Source: Gracilinanus agilis (Eukaryota). From it: 64,000 nt of DNA. The stretch is taken from contig NC_058131.1 of assembly GCF_016433145.1 (NCBI RefSeq), positions 551,721,117-551,785,116 on the forward strand, written 5' to 3'. The notes beneath the pieces are model-generated. The model was not told where the DNA came from, did not search any database, and worked only from the letters and a program-made list of their open reading frames with translations. Position 1 is the stretch's first letter. Each line of letters starts with the position of its first letter. Shown here piece after piece: positions 24,475 through 35,458 of the stretch. Both the position numbers and the translations under genes were made by a program.

Positions 24475-24899
24475 GCCATTTTTTAAAAGCAAAAGACGTG
24501 TCATATATTTTTATTAACTCATAAAAAATGCAAAGGGCATACAAATTTTGCTCCTTTTTTTAAAACAGTGAAAAAACAAAACATTTGTGTATGACAGATA
24601 TTTAAAAGATACATCACATTTGACTTGTAAACAGAGCCTTAAAGTTTTAGCAATCACATGTATAAAAAAAAAAAGTTGAAATAGTTGGTAACAAGTTATT
24701 GGTTTTTTTCACCAGAAGGCCAGAGTAATGGCACACTCTTCTTTGGACCAAATGCTATTTTAATGGATGTTGAATATTACTTTAACCTTCTGTAAATATA
24801 AAAGATTGGCTCAGTTACACTCTGAATATGAAATTCATTTCTGCCCAGACTTGTACAGTGCCTACTATATGCCAGGCACTATGCTAAGTGCTTACAGAT

Positions 24900-26980
24900 A
24901 TCCCACTTGATCATTGTTCTGTATCTTTTCATCACCCTCCTCTGCAAAGTGAGGGAAGTCCATTCTCTTATCTCTTTGGGGCCAGGCTTGATCATTAACA
25001 GGTTCCTTTTTGGTTGTTCTTCCTGTTTTACACTGTTGTTATTGTACGTATTACATTCCTGGTTTTGCTTACTTCATTTAGTATTACTTCATGTGTTTTC
25101 CCATGCCTCACTATATTTTTCATATTCATTTTTACTATGGCACAGTATACTTGTGCTACAGTTTGTGGGCATCTATGTTTTGAGGGTTTGTTTTTGCTTC
25201 TGCAGAAAGGGTTGCTATCAATATTTTGTTATGTTTTCCCCCTGTTTTTCAATCTCCTTGGAGGTAGATGGATAGTAGAGTAGGATCTCTGGATTAAAAG
25301 ATATGAACATTTTATCACTTTCTTAGCATAATTCCAAATTGTTTTCCAGAATATTTGGATCAATTCACAACTCCACCAACATTATGTTAGTGAGCCTGTA
25401 CTTTCCACAAGAGATCCAGCATAGACCATTTGCATCTTTTGCCATCTTACTAATGTATTTTTTTAAACCCTTACCTTTTATCTTAGAATCAATACTGCAT
25501 ATTAGTTCTAAGGCAGAAGAGCAGTAACCGTGAGGTGATGGGGGTTAAGTGATTTGCCCAGGGTCATATAGCTAGGAAGTGTCTGAGTCCAGATTTTAAC
25601 ATAAAATCTACTAATGTATTTTCGAATATATATATATATATATAGTGTGTGGGGTTGAAGGGGACTTGTTTTTTTTTTTTAATTTAAATTTTGAATATTT
25701 TCCCATAGTTGCATGTTTCATGTTCTTTCCCTCTCCTCAAAACCTCCCCCCTCTAGCCAATGCACAATTCCACTGGGTTTTACATGTATCATTGATCAAG
25801 ACCTAATTCCATATTATTGATAGTTGGACTAGAGTTATTATTTAGTGTCTACATCCTCAACAATATTCCCATCAGCCCATGTGTTCAAGCAGTTGTTTTT
25901 CTTCTGTGTTTCTACTCCCACAGTTCTTCCTCTGTGTGGCTAGTTTTCTTTCTCATAAGTCCCTCAGCCTTGCTCTGGATCCTGCTAGTAGAGAAGTCCA
26001 TTACATTAGATTTTACCACAGCGTATCAGTCTCTGTGTACAATGTTCTCCTGGTTCTGCTCCTTTCACTCTGCATCCATTCCTGGAGGTCTTTCCAGTTC
26101 ACATGGAATTCCTCCAGTTCTTTATTCCTTTGAGCACAATAGTATTCTATCACCAACAGATACCACAATTTGTTCAACCATTCCCCAATCGAAGGGCATT
26201 CCCTTGTTTTCCAATTTTTTGCCACCACAAAGAGCATGGCTATAAATCTTTTTGTACATGTCTTTTTCCTTATTATCTCTTTGGAGAATAAACCAAGCAG
26301 TGCTATGGCTGGATCAAAAGGCAGATAGTCTTTTAAAGCCCTTTGGGTATACTTCCAAATTGCCATCCAGAATGGTTGGATCAATTCACAACTCCACCAA
26401 CAATGCATTAATGTCCCAATTTTGCCACATCCCCTCCAACATTCACCACTTTCCTTTGCTGTGATGTTAGCTAATCTGCTAGGTGTGAGGTGGTACCTCA
26501 GAGTTATTTTGATTTTCTTGCTTTCTTTTTAAAAATTTAATGTAATTGTTTTTACATTGCCTAGATTTCCCACTGTGTTCCCCCCACCAAAAACACTATC
26601 CATTATAACAATTTTTTAAAAGAGGAAGATAAAAAAATTCAGTAAATTGATCACCACATTGGAAAGATCTGTTCTTTATGTTCAAGAACTCCCACTCTAA
26701 TAATACTACCCTTTCCCTACCCCCTCACCTCTGCAAAGGAGAGGAAGGGGATAACTTTTCATATCTCTTCTTTGAGGTCAAGCATGCTTCTTGTACTTTA
26801 ACAACATTCATTCTATTGTTTTATAGTTATTGTTCCTTGTATTCACCCCTTTGCAAAAACTGTGTGTATTACTTTCTTGTCTCGTTTACCTCGCCTTGCA
26901 CAGATTCACATAAGTTTTTCTGTTTTTCCATTTTTTTTAATGTTATCAAGTTTTTTTGGCAGGGGGAGATGCTTTTTTAA
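24900..26980 (-). mobile_element. Stacked L1 3' fragments, with a SINE at 25462-25608 (TSD tactaatgtatttt)
   Basis: ORF 26013-26408 encodes the L1 ORF2 C-terminus (HCWWSCELIQPFW…PFDPAIALLG…CPSIGEWLNKLWY). Confidence 0.88.
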
Positions 26981-26994
26981 AAACACTACAATAA

Positions 26995-27201
26995 GGGGGC
27001 AGCTGGATGGCTCAGTGGATTGAGAGCCAGACCTAGAGACAGGAGGTCCTAGGTTCAAATTCGGCCTCAGACACTTCCCAGCTGTGTGACCCTGGGCAAG
27101 TCACTTGACCCCCATTGCCTACCCTTACCAATCTTCCACCTATAAGTCAATGCACAGAAGTTAAGGGTTTAAAAAAAATTTTTAAAAATAAAAAATAAAA
27201 A
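26995..27201 (+). mobile_element. Full-length young SINE1_Mdo-like
   Basis: ggggcagctggatggctcagtgg head; TSD actacaataa. Confidence 0.9.
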
Positions 27202-27426
27202 ACTACAATAACATCCCATTATTTTCATGTACCACAATTCTTTAATCCATTCTCCTAATCAGTCAATGAATAAACATTTATTAAACATCTGCTTTGGAGT
27301 TAGGCAATATGCTAAGCACTGAAGGAGGATATAATTCAAACAAAAAATAGTTACTTCCCTCAAAGAGTTCATAATCTATATCTAAGGTCTTTAAAAAGCT
27401 GAAAAAGAAACATAGAAGAGATAGGG

Positions 27427-27722
27427 CAGTGATGGTGAACCTTTTAGAGATGGAGTGCTGGGTCCCCCCCAACCCCTCTATCTCCCCCAACCCTACCACC
27501 CACTTTGGCCTACACAGACAGGGGAGGGAGGAAGTTGGGCAGAGGGAAAGGGCAGGTAAAGTGAAAAAAGTCCTCAGGTACATGGAGAAGGGGAGAGGAA
27601 CAGCTCTGCCCTAGTCCTTCTGGCTTTCTAGTCATGAATTCTGGCAGGCAACTGCAGGGATGCCCACAGAGAGAGCTCTATGTGCCATCTTTGACATGTG
27701 TGCCATAGGTTCACCATCACTG
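27427..27722. mobile_element. hAT MITE (hAT1-like), 296 bp
   Basis: 16-bp TIRs cagtgatggtgaacct / aggttcaccatcactg; 8-bp TSD agataggg / aggtagga. Confidence 0.9.
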
Positions 27723-28934
27723 AGGTAGGAGATGAAGGGTACCCAATGGAGTCTAGTAGCCAGGTACAAAAAGATGGACAAATATCCAGTTAACTTTTCT
27801 TTTTAAATAAAAAAATAATATTTTATTATAATTTATTTTTAGTTATCTCAGCCCCTCCCTTACCTCCCCAAATCATAGAAGGCATCATTCATCATTCAGC
27901 AAACAAATATGTATATATAGATCATGTCTTTTTTGTTTCCACATCTCAGTTCATTCTCTGGAAGTGAACATTCACAAGTTATTCTTCAAATATTAAATCT
28001 GTAGCCATATATATCATTCTCTTGGTTTTATTCATTTCACTCTTCATTGTCTCATGTAGTTCTTCCCAAGTTTTTTTTTCAGTTAATCTACTCATCATTT
28101 CCTATGCCACAGTAGTATTTCATCACAATTATATACCACAATATGTTTATCCATTTTCCAATTGATGAACATCCCTTTGATTTCCAGGTCTTTGCCTCCA
28201 CAAAGAGAGCTGCTATAAATATTTTGGAGCACATAGGTCTTTTCCTTTTTCCTGATCTCTTTGGGAAATAGACCCAGCAATCTGGGTCTAGGGGTATATA
28301 GAGTTTTATAGCTCTCTGGGCATAATTTCAAATTGCTCTCCAAAAAGGTTTGATCAGTTCACAGTTCCACCAACAGTGTATTAGTGTCCCCTTTTTTTTC
28401 ACATTCCCTCCAACATTTATCATTTTAGTAAATCTGATGGGTGAAAGATGATACCTCCTCAGAATTGTTTTAGTTTTCATTTCCCTAATCAGTAGTGATT
28501 TAGAGCATTTTTTAAAAAATGTACCTCTATAAAGCTTTGATTTCTTTATCTGAAAAATATCTGCTCATATCTTTTGCCCAATTATTAATTGTGGGATGGC
28601 TTTTATTCCTATAAATTTGACAAAATTCTCTATATATTTTAGACATGAGATCTGTATCCAGGAGACTGTCTATGAAATTTTCCCTCCAATTTTTTGCCTT
28701 CTTTCTAATCTTGGCAACATTTGTTTCATTTGTACAGAAACCTTTCAATTTAATGTATTCAAAATTATCCATTTTACATTCATAATACTCTTTATCTCTT
28801 GCTTACTCATAAATTCCTCTCCTATCCATAAATCTGAAAAGTGATATGTTCTCCATTCTAATTTGTTTGTGATATTTCCTTTTCTTTCTAGATTATGTAT
28901 CCATCTTGATCTTATCTGAGAGAACGGTATAAGA

Positions 28935-29398
28935 CAGTGATGGTGAACCTTTTAGAGATGGAGTACTGGGCTCTCCCCTCCCCCACTTCCCACCCTGACC
29001 AAGTGCCAGAGACCATGTGACATGCCTCCCTTTTACCCCACACAGGGGAGGGAGAAAATGCTCCCACTGGGCTGCTGGACAAAGAGGTAGGGAATGTGAG
29101 GAATGTTCTCAGGGTAGAGAGGGAGAGGGGAGTGGTCCCAGGGTTCTGCTCCCCTCCAGCTCTGCCACCTGTGAGCCACCCACCTTACCTCCTGTGTGCT
29201 TCCATTGGGCTGTTGGGCAGAGGGGTGTGGGATGTGAAAAATGTCATCAGGCATGGTGGAGGGGGTGAGAGGAACAGCTCCATCCCTAGTCCCTCTGCCT
29301 TTCTAGTAACAAACTGAGGGTGGAGGGGTGGCTATGTGCCCACAGAGAGCGCTCTGTGTGCCATCTTTGGCACCCATGCCATAGGTTCACCATCACTG
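28935..29398. mobile_element. hAT MITE (hAT1-like), 464 bp
   Basis: Same TIRs as the 27427 copy; TSD gtataaga / gcataaga. Confidence 0.9.
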
Positions 29399-29514
29399 GC
29401 ATAAGATATTGATTTATACTTAGCTTCTGACAAACTACTTTCTAGTTATCCCAGCAATTTTTACCAAATGGAAGGTAAGGTGGTTTTTAAAGAATCACTA
29501 CTATGTATTAGTTC

Positions 29515-30150
29515 TGTAATAATGAAAATAAAATATTAAATGTAATGCTAATTTAAAAAAAGATTGTGGTCGCCATCTATAAAATTAACTCTCAAGTCAC
29601 GAGTCTGTTAATAGCTCTTAAAAATTAAGTTTTAATCAAAATGGAGATAAAGTAAAAAGAGGGAAATGTAGAAAGGAGATAGAAAATATCACCTAGCTAA
29701 AATACCCCAAGTTGAATCAGGAAGCTGAAATCTGCAGCCCACCCAAGGCACCTTAGCCCACAAAAGCCCTTGAGTACACAGCAGGCACCAGAGCTCTCGC
29801 TCTGGACCATATTCCACCATCACGCCAACCCACAGAGCTCTCCGTGTCCAGCAGTCCAGCAACGTACGAAGGCAAAATGCGGTGCAGGGTAGGAGGAGCT
29901 GGGGAGGACAAGCCTGGAAAGTGGATTCTATCTACACAGTTCTAAGGCAGAAGAGTAGTAAGGACTAAGCAATGGGGTATAAATGGTTTGCCCAGGGTCA
30001 TACAGGAAGTGTCTGAGGTTATATTTGAACGTAGACCATCTCATCTCCAGGTCTGGCTCTCAATCCACTGAGGCACCCAGCTGCCCAGCAATAGCAGTCT
30101 ATTATGCAAAGCCACTATAATACAGTGCTATTAAACCTCCTTCCTTTACA
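29515..30150 (-). mobile_element. Solo ERV LTR-like element interrupted by a SINE (about 29940-30088)
   Basis: TG…CA ends; gtggtcgcca motif shared with the LTR at 57152. No clear TSD seen. Confidence 0.55.
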
Positions 30151-30869
30151 TTTTCCCCATTAATTCTTTTGCTATTCTTGATCTTTTCTTCTTCTAAAAT
30201 AATTTTGTTATTAATTTTTTTCAAGCCCAATAAGATTATTTTTGATAATTTGATTGAAATGGCATTAAATAAGTAGATTAGGTAGGATTGTCATTTTAAT
30301 TTATTGACTCTGCCCATCTATGAACAATGAATATTTTTCCAATTATTTACTTTTTAATTTATTTATTTTTATTTATTTTTTAAACCCTTAACTTCTGTGT
30401 ATTGGCTCCTTGGTGGAAGAGTGGTAAGGGTGGGCAATGGGGGTCAAGTGACTTGCCCAGGGTCACACAGCTGGGAAGTGTCTGAGGCCAGATTTGAACC
30501 TAGGACCTCCCGTCTCTAGACCTGACTCTCAATCCACTGAGCTACCCAGCTGCCCCCTTTTCCCAATTATTTAGATCTGACTTTATTTGTGTTAAAAGTG
30601 TTTTATAGTTATATTCATGTAGTTTCTGGGTTTGTTTTGGCAAGTAACTTCAACTTTGTTTCCAGTTTTTTTGTCATCACCAAAGGGGATGCTATAACTG
30701 TTTTTGGTGTCAATAAACTCCTTGGGATATATGGCTGAGCAGTGGAATCTCAGAATCAAATAGTATAGTTTTTTTAGCTACTTTATTTGCATGATTCTAA
30801 ATTGCATTTTAGAATGGATTATCCCAAGTCAAAATGCTACTAATATGATTTTTATTTTTATTTTATTCT

Positions 30870-33000
30870 TTTTAAATTTTAAAAAATATTACCTTTATTT
30901 TATTCCAATAACAAATTTACACATAAGTTTTTCAAAGTTACATGATTCATGTTGTCTCCCTCCCCCATTCCCTTCTCCCTCTTGGAGTTCACAAACAATT
31001 CTACTGGGAATACATGTATTATCATTCAAGGAAAATTTCCATATTATCCATTTTTGTAAGAGAATAATCTTATAAAGCGAAAACCCCAAATCATATATCC
31101 AAATAAATAAGTGATAAATCATATGTTTTCATCTGCATTCTTACTCCAACAGTTCTTTCTCTGGAGGTAGACAGCATTCTTTTTCATAAGTCCCTCAGAA
31201 TTGTCCTGGATCATTGTATTGCTGTTGATAGCAAAGACTATTACATCTGATCATTCCACAATATTTGTTACTGCATATAATGTTCTCCCGGTTCTGCTTG
31301 TTTTACTCTGCATCAGTTCATGTAGGTCTTTCCAATTCTTTCTGAAATCATGCTGTTCATCATTCCTTATAGCATGATAGTATTCCATCACCATCATATA
31401 CCACAATTTGTTCATTCATTCCCCAATTGAGGGATATCCCCTCATTTTCCAATTTTTTGCTACCACAAAAAATGCAGCTAATAAATATTTTTGTCCAAAC
31501 AGAGCCTTTCCCATTTTTTGTTATCTCTTTGGGATACAGACCTAGTAGTGGTATTGCTGGATCAAAAGGTATTCGTTCTTCCCTTTGGGCATAATTCCAA
31601 ATTGCCTTCCAGGATGGCTGGATCAATTCACAACTCCACCAGGAATGCATTAGTGTCCTGATTTTGCCATTTTCCCTCCAACACTTATTATTTTCCTTTC
31701 CAGTCATATTGGTCAATTTTCTAGGTGTAAGGGGTTCCTCAGAGTTGCTTTAATTTGCATTTCTCTAATAAAGAGGGATTTAGAACATCTTTTCATATGA
31801 TTATTGATAGCTTTGATTTCTTCATCTGAATACTGACTATTCATATCCCTTGATCATTTATCAATTAGCAAATGACTTGGTTTCCTATAAATTTGACATA
31901 GTTCTTTATATATTTGAAAAATTAGACCTTTATCAGAGAAATTTGTTATAAAAAATTTCCCCAGTTTGTTGCTTTTCTTCTAATTTTGGTTGCATTGGTT
32001 TTATTTGTACAAAACCTTTTAAATTTAATATAATCAAAATTATTCATTTTACATCTTGTAATATTATCTTGCTCTTGTTTGGTCTTAAATCCTTCCCTTC
32101 TCCATAGATCTGACAGGTAAACTATTCTATGTTCACATAATTTACTTATAATATCACTCTATGTTTAAATCATATACCCATTTTGAACTTAGCTAGGTAT
32201 AGGGTGTGAGATATTGATCCAAATCTATTTTTTGCCATACTATTTTCCCAGCAGTTTATGTCAAACAATGAGTTTTTATCTCAAAAGCTGGGATCTTTGG
32301 GTTTATCAAACATTAGACTGCTGAGGTCATTTACCCCTAGTCTATTCCATTGATCCACCCTTCTATTTCTTAACCAGTACCAGATTTTTTTAAACCCTTA
32401 CCTTCTGTCTTAGAATCAATGCTGTGTATTGGTTCTAAGTCAGAAGAGTGGTAAAGGCTAGGCAATGGGGGTCAAGTGACTTGCCCAAGGTCACACAGCT
32501 AGGAAGTGTCTAAGGCCATATTTGAACCCAGAACCTTCTGTCTCTAGGCCTGACTCTCTATCCATTGAGCTACCCAGCTGCCCCCTCCAGATTATTATTA
32601 TTATTATTTTTTTTTTAAACCCTTACCTTCCGTCTTGGAGTCAATACTGTGTATTGGCTCCAAGGCAGAAGAGTGGTAAGGGTAGGCAATGGGGGTCAAG
32701 TGACTTGCCCAGGGTCACACAGATGGGAAGTGGCTGAGGCCAGATTTGAACCTAGGACCTCCCGTCTCTAGGCCTGGCTCTCAATCCACTGAGCTACCCA
32801 GCTGCCCCCTCCCTCCAGATTATTTTGATGATCACTGCTTTATAGTACAGTTTAAGATCTGTTACTGCTAGGTCACCATCCTTCACTTTTTTTTCCATTA
32901 GTTTCCTTGATATTCTTGAACTTTTGTTCTTCCAGATGAATTTTGTTATTATTTTTCTAATTCTATAAAATAGGTTTTTTTGGGGTACTTTGATAGGCAA
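30870..33000 (-). mobile_element. L1 3' about 2 kb, with two tandem SINEs (32386-32582, 32597-32810)
   Basis: ORF2 peptides in ORFs 31360-31716 and 32794-33000; the second SINE has TSD ccctccagattatt. Confidence 0.88.
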
Positions 33001-33299
33001 GGCACTAATAAGATTTTAAAGGGCAAGGTGGTATGACTGGAGGAAGGGGCTTCACAGAGTGCTTAAGCTGCACCAGATTTCCATCTCCAATCCTCTCACT
33101 AATCGTTGCTGCAGGGAAGGACCAGAATACCTTGACTGTAAAGATCACCGAACTCGGCCACAGGAAGGTTGAATCAGGCATCCACTCAGCAGGAACTTGT
33201 AATCTAGCGACTCCCGCAAGTTAGCGGTGCAAGAAAAAGGTGAAGACAAAGCTTTCCAATTAGAACGTGGACAAGGAAGATGCCATCTCTGATAGGACA

Positions 33300-33784
33300 A
33301 GTCAAAGGCCATTAGACCAATCAAATGTCAGGTGTTGGGCAGGACCCGAGAAACAGTCTGTGAGTCGGAGGAGCGGGAGGAGTCGGAGCTTAGTCGGGGC
33401 GGGACACTCGCAGTAGTGGCCACGCCTTAGGGGCGGGAAAGGCGTGGCGTTCACTTCAGGAGATGTCATTGGGAACTGCTTAAGGGGTCGGGCGGGGCAG
33501 GGTGGGAAGAAGCCAGCGTGACAGCTCCGCTTGAGGGAAGGGGCCTGGCAGGGATCCGGGCCGGGACGAATCGGGCCAAGGCCCAAAAGGGAGGGCGGGA
33601 GGTGACGCGGCCGGGGTCCGGTGGGGTGAAGGGGTGGCTGAGGGAGAAGGGAGCCTGCGAAGCCCTGGCCGACTGCGTGCGTGCGGGGCAAGGGAGGAAG
33701 GGGAGGGGCAGGCAGGCAGGCGCAGGTCGGCCTGGCTCCGGGTCCCCAAGACCCCATTTCGCTCCCAGCCAGACCCCGCAGACG
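33300..33784 (+). promoter_or_regulatory. EMC9 CpG-island promoter / 5'UTR
   Basis: CpG-rich, with GC boxes, CCAAT near 33318 and a TGCGTGCGTGCG NRF1-like run near 33675. Confidence 0.6.
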
Positions 33785-35252
33785 ATGGGAGAAGTGGAGA
33801 TCTCCGCCCGGGCCTACGTGAAGATGTGCCTCCATGCTGCCCGCTACCCGCACGCAGCTGTCAACGGGTTGCTGCTGGCCCAGGCGCCCCAGGCGGGGGG
33901 CTGCCTCTGCCTCAGTGACTGTGTGCCCCTCTTCCACAGCCATCTGGCCCTTTCTGTCATGCTGGAGGTCGCCCTTAACCAGGTACAGCCCCCTCCCCCA
34001 GTCTTGGAAATAAATGCCCACTCACTGTCTCCAGGCCTTGGCTTGGCAGGCCCTATCCCCTTTTGCAGCTGTTCATTGGCAGTGCCATCAGCAAAAAAAC
34101 TAATGGGCCCTTTCTCATGGCAGGTAGATGTGTGGGGTGCCCAGGGCAGTTTGGTGGTAGCTGGGTACTACCATGCCAATGCCTCGATGAATGACCAGAG
34201 GTGAGTGAGGGAGCTGGCAGTGGAAGATGGGGTGGGGATTTATTCTAAGGCAGGGGTTCTGAACTTTTCCTGATATCAGGGACCCCCTCTCAGAAAAATG
34301 GTTTGTTGCCTCCATTCATAATTGAAGGAAATGCTAAATTTCAGTTAGAGGTTAGTGAAAATAAAGATGTATTTTTTTCCTTCCAAGTTCACAGGGGGGT
34401 GCATGGACCCCATGTTAAGAAGCTCTGCTCTAAGGTAAATGTTTGCTAGGGTTAAACCCAACCAGTAGTTTTTCCTCTGATTGGACTAGTCTCACCTCAC
34501 CCCCATAGGGGATGAAGAACACCTATTAGCCTTAAATTAATAAATTCCTGCAAATATAGTGTTTGTTCTGCTGCTTGGGATCCTTTAATGACTATGTTCT
34601 TCCTAGCCCTGGTCCCCTTGCCCTGAAAATTGCTGGACGAATTTCGGAATTTTTCCCTGGGGCAGTGCTTATCATGGTAAGGCTGAGGATTGAGGGGCAG
34701 GGAGTTGGGGAGAAAAGAAAGTAGAAAGAGAACCCTGGAACTCTTAACAATCCTTACCTCAACCTCCCAGTTGGATAATCGGAAATTGGTGCCCCAGACT
34801 CGAGTGCCGCCTATCATTGTCTTGGAGGCTCGTGATCGACGCTGGGTCCCCAAAGACAAGAACCTGTGAGTACCTCTATTCTTTTGCCTCAGCACTTCTT
34901 ACCATGTTCTTTGCTTCTAAGTAGCAGAGAAATTAAGTTCAATCTAGGCTCTTGAACCCAAGTTTCTGTTCCTGTCTTTATTCCCTGAGTAAGTCCTAGA
35001 CCTAAACAGTCTGCTTTTGGTCCCAGGTTTTCAGGCTGAATTGAATATTTCTTTTTTGGTGGGTATTTCAGGGTGATGTGGCGGGATTGGGAAGAGTCAA
35101 GGCAGCTCCTTCAAGCACTGCTGGAAGGCCGGGCCCACCGGCTACTTGTTGACTTTGATGCCCATCTTGATGACATCCGTCGTGACTGGACAAACCAACA
35201 ACTCAATACTGAAATTTCTCAATGGGTTGCTGCTGCCAATGGGGCTGCCTGA
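33785..35252 (+). CDS. EMC9: ER membrane protein complex subunit 9, 206 aa
   Basis: Exons 33785-33982 (MGEVEISARAYVKMCLHAARYPHAAVNG), 34124-34200, 34607-34676, 34771-34865, 35072-35252. Total 621 nt; MPN-like EMC8/9 motifs GYYHAN and LVDFDAHLDD. Confidence 0.97.
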
Positions 35253-35279
35253 GTTGGGACCATTGTGGCTAGAACCTTA

Positions 35280-35285
35280 AATAAA
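35280..35285 (+). terminator. EMC9 poly(A) signal AATAAA
   Basis: 27 nt after the EMC9 stop. Confidence 0.8.
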
Positions 35286-35310
35286 AAGACTGGGGAGTGG
35301 TATGGCAAAA

Positions 35311-35316
35311 TTTATT
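35311..35316 (-). terminator. PSME1 poly(A) signal AATAAA
   Basis: tttatt on the + strand, about 145 nt past the PSME1 stop. Confidence 0.8.
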
Positions 35317-35458
35317 GGTGCCTAGAAGGCAAGACATGGATAAGATGGGAAGTTCTAGATGGAAGCTGGACTGTGGCAAGACAAATAATCCTAATGAAAG
35401 GGTGGAATCTTATGCTATGTCCTTCATATTGATGGAGAGGGGAGGCAGGCTCTGTTTT

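Larger units (their letters stand above)
27790..30650 (-). mobile_element. Old L1 fragment hosting nested MITE, LTR and SINE insertions
   Basis: ORF2-like peptides in ORFs 28095-28343 and 28527-28772; a young SINE at about 30350-30556 has TSD ttt(t/c)ccaattattta. Confidence 0.8.

Noticed and set aside
26013-26408. ORFs 26013-26408, 28095-28343, 28527-28772, 31360-31716, 23370-23576 as genes
   Set aside because: Fragments of L1/RTE ORF2; no intact retrotransposon ORF is present.
26995-27070. tRNA-like heads with A/B boxes (also at 44794, 58339 and others)
   Set aside because: These are SINE 5' regions followed by CORE and tail with TSDs, not tRNA genes.
33518-33784. 89-aa N-terminal extension of EMC9 in ORF 33518-34204
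   Set aside because: It starts at GTG in GC-rich promoter/UTR; homology begins at MGEVEIS (33785).
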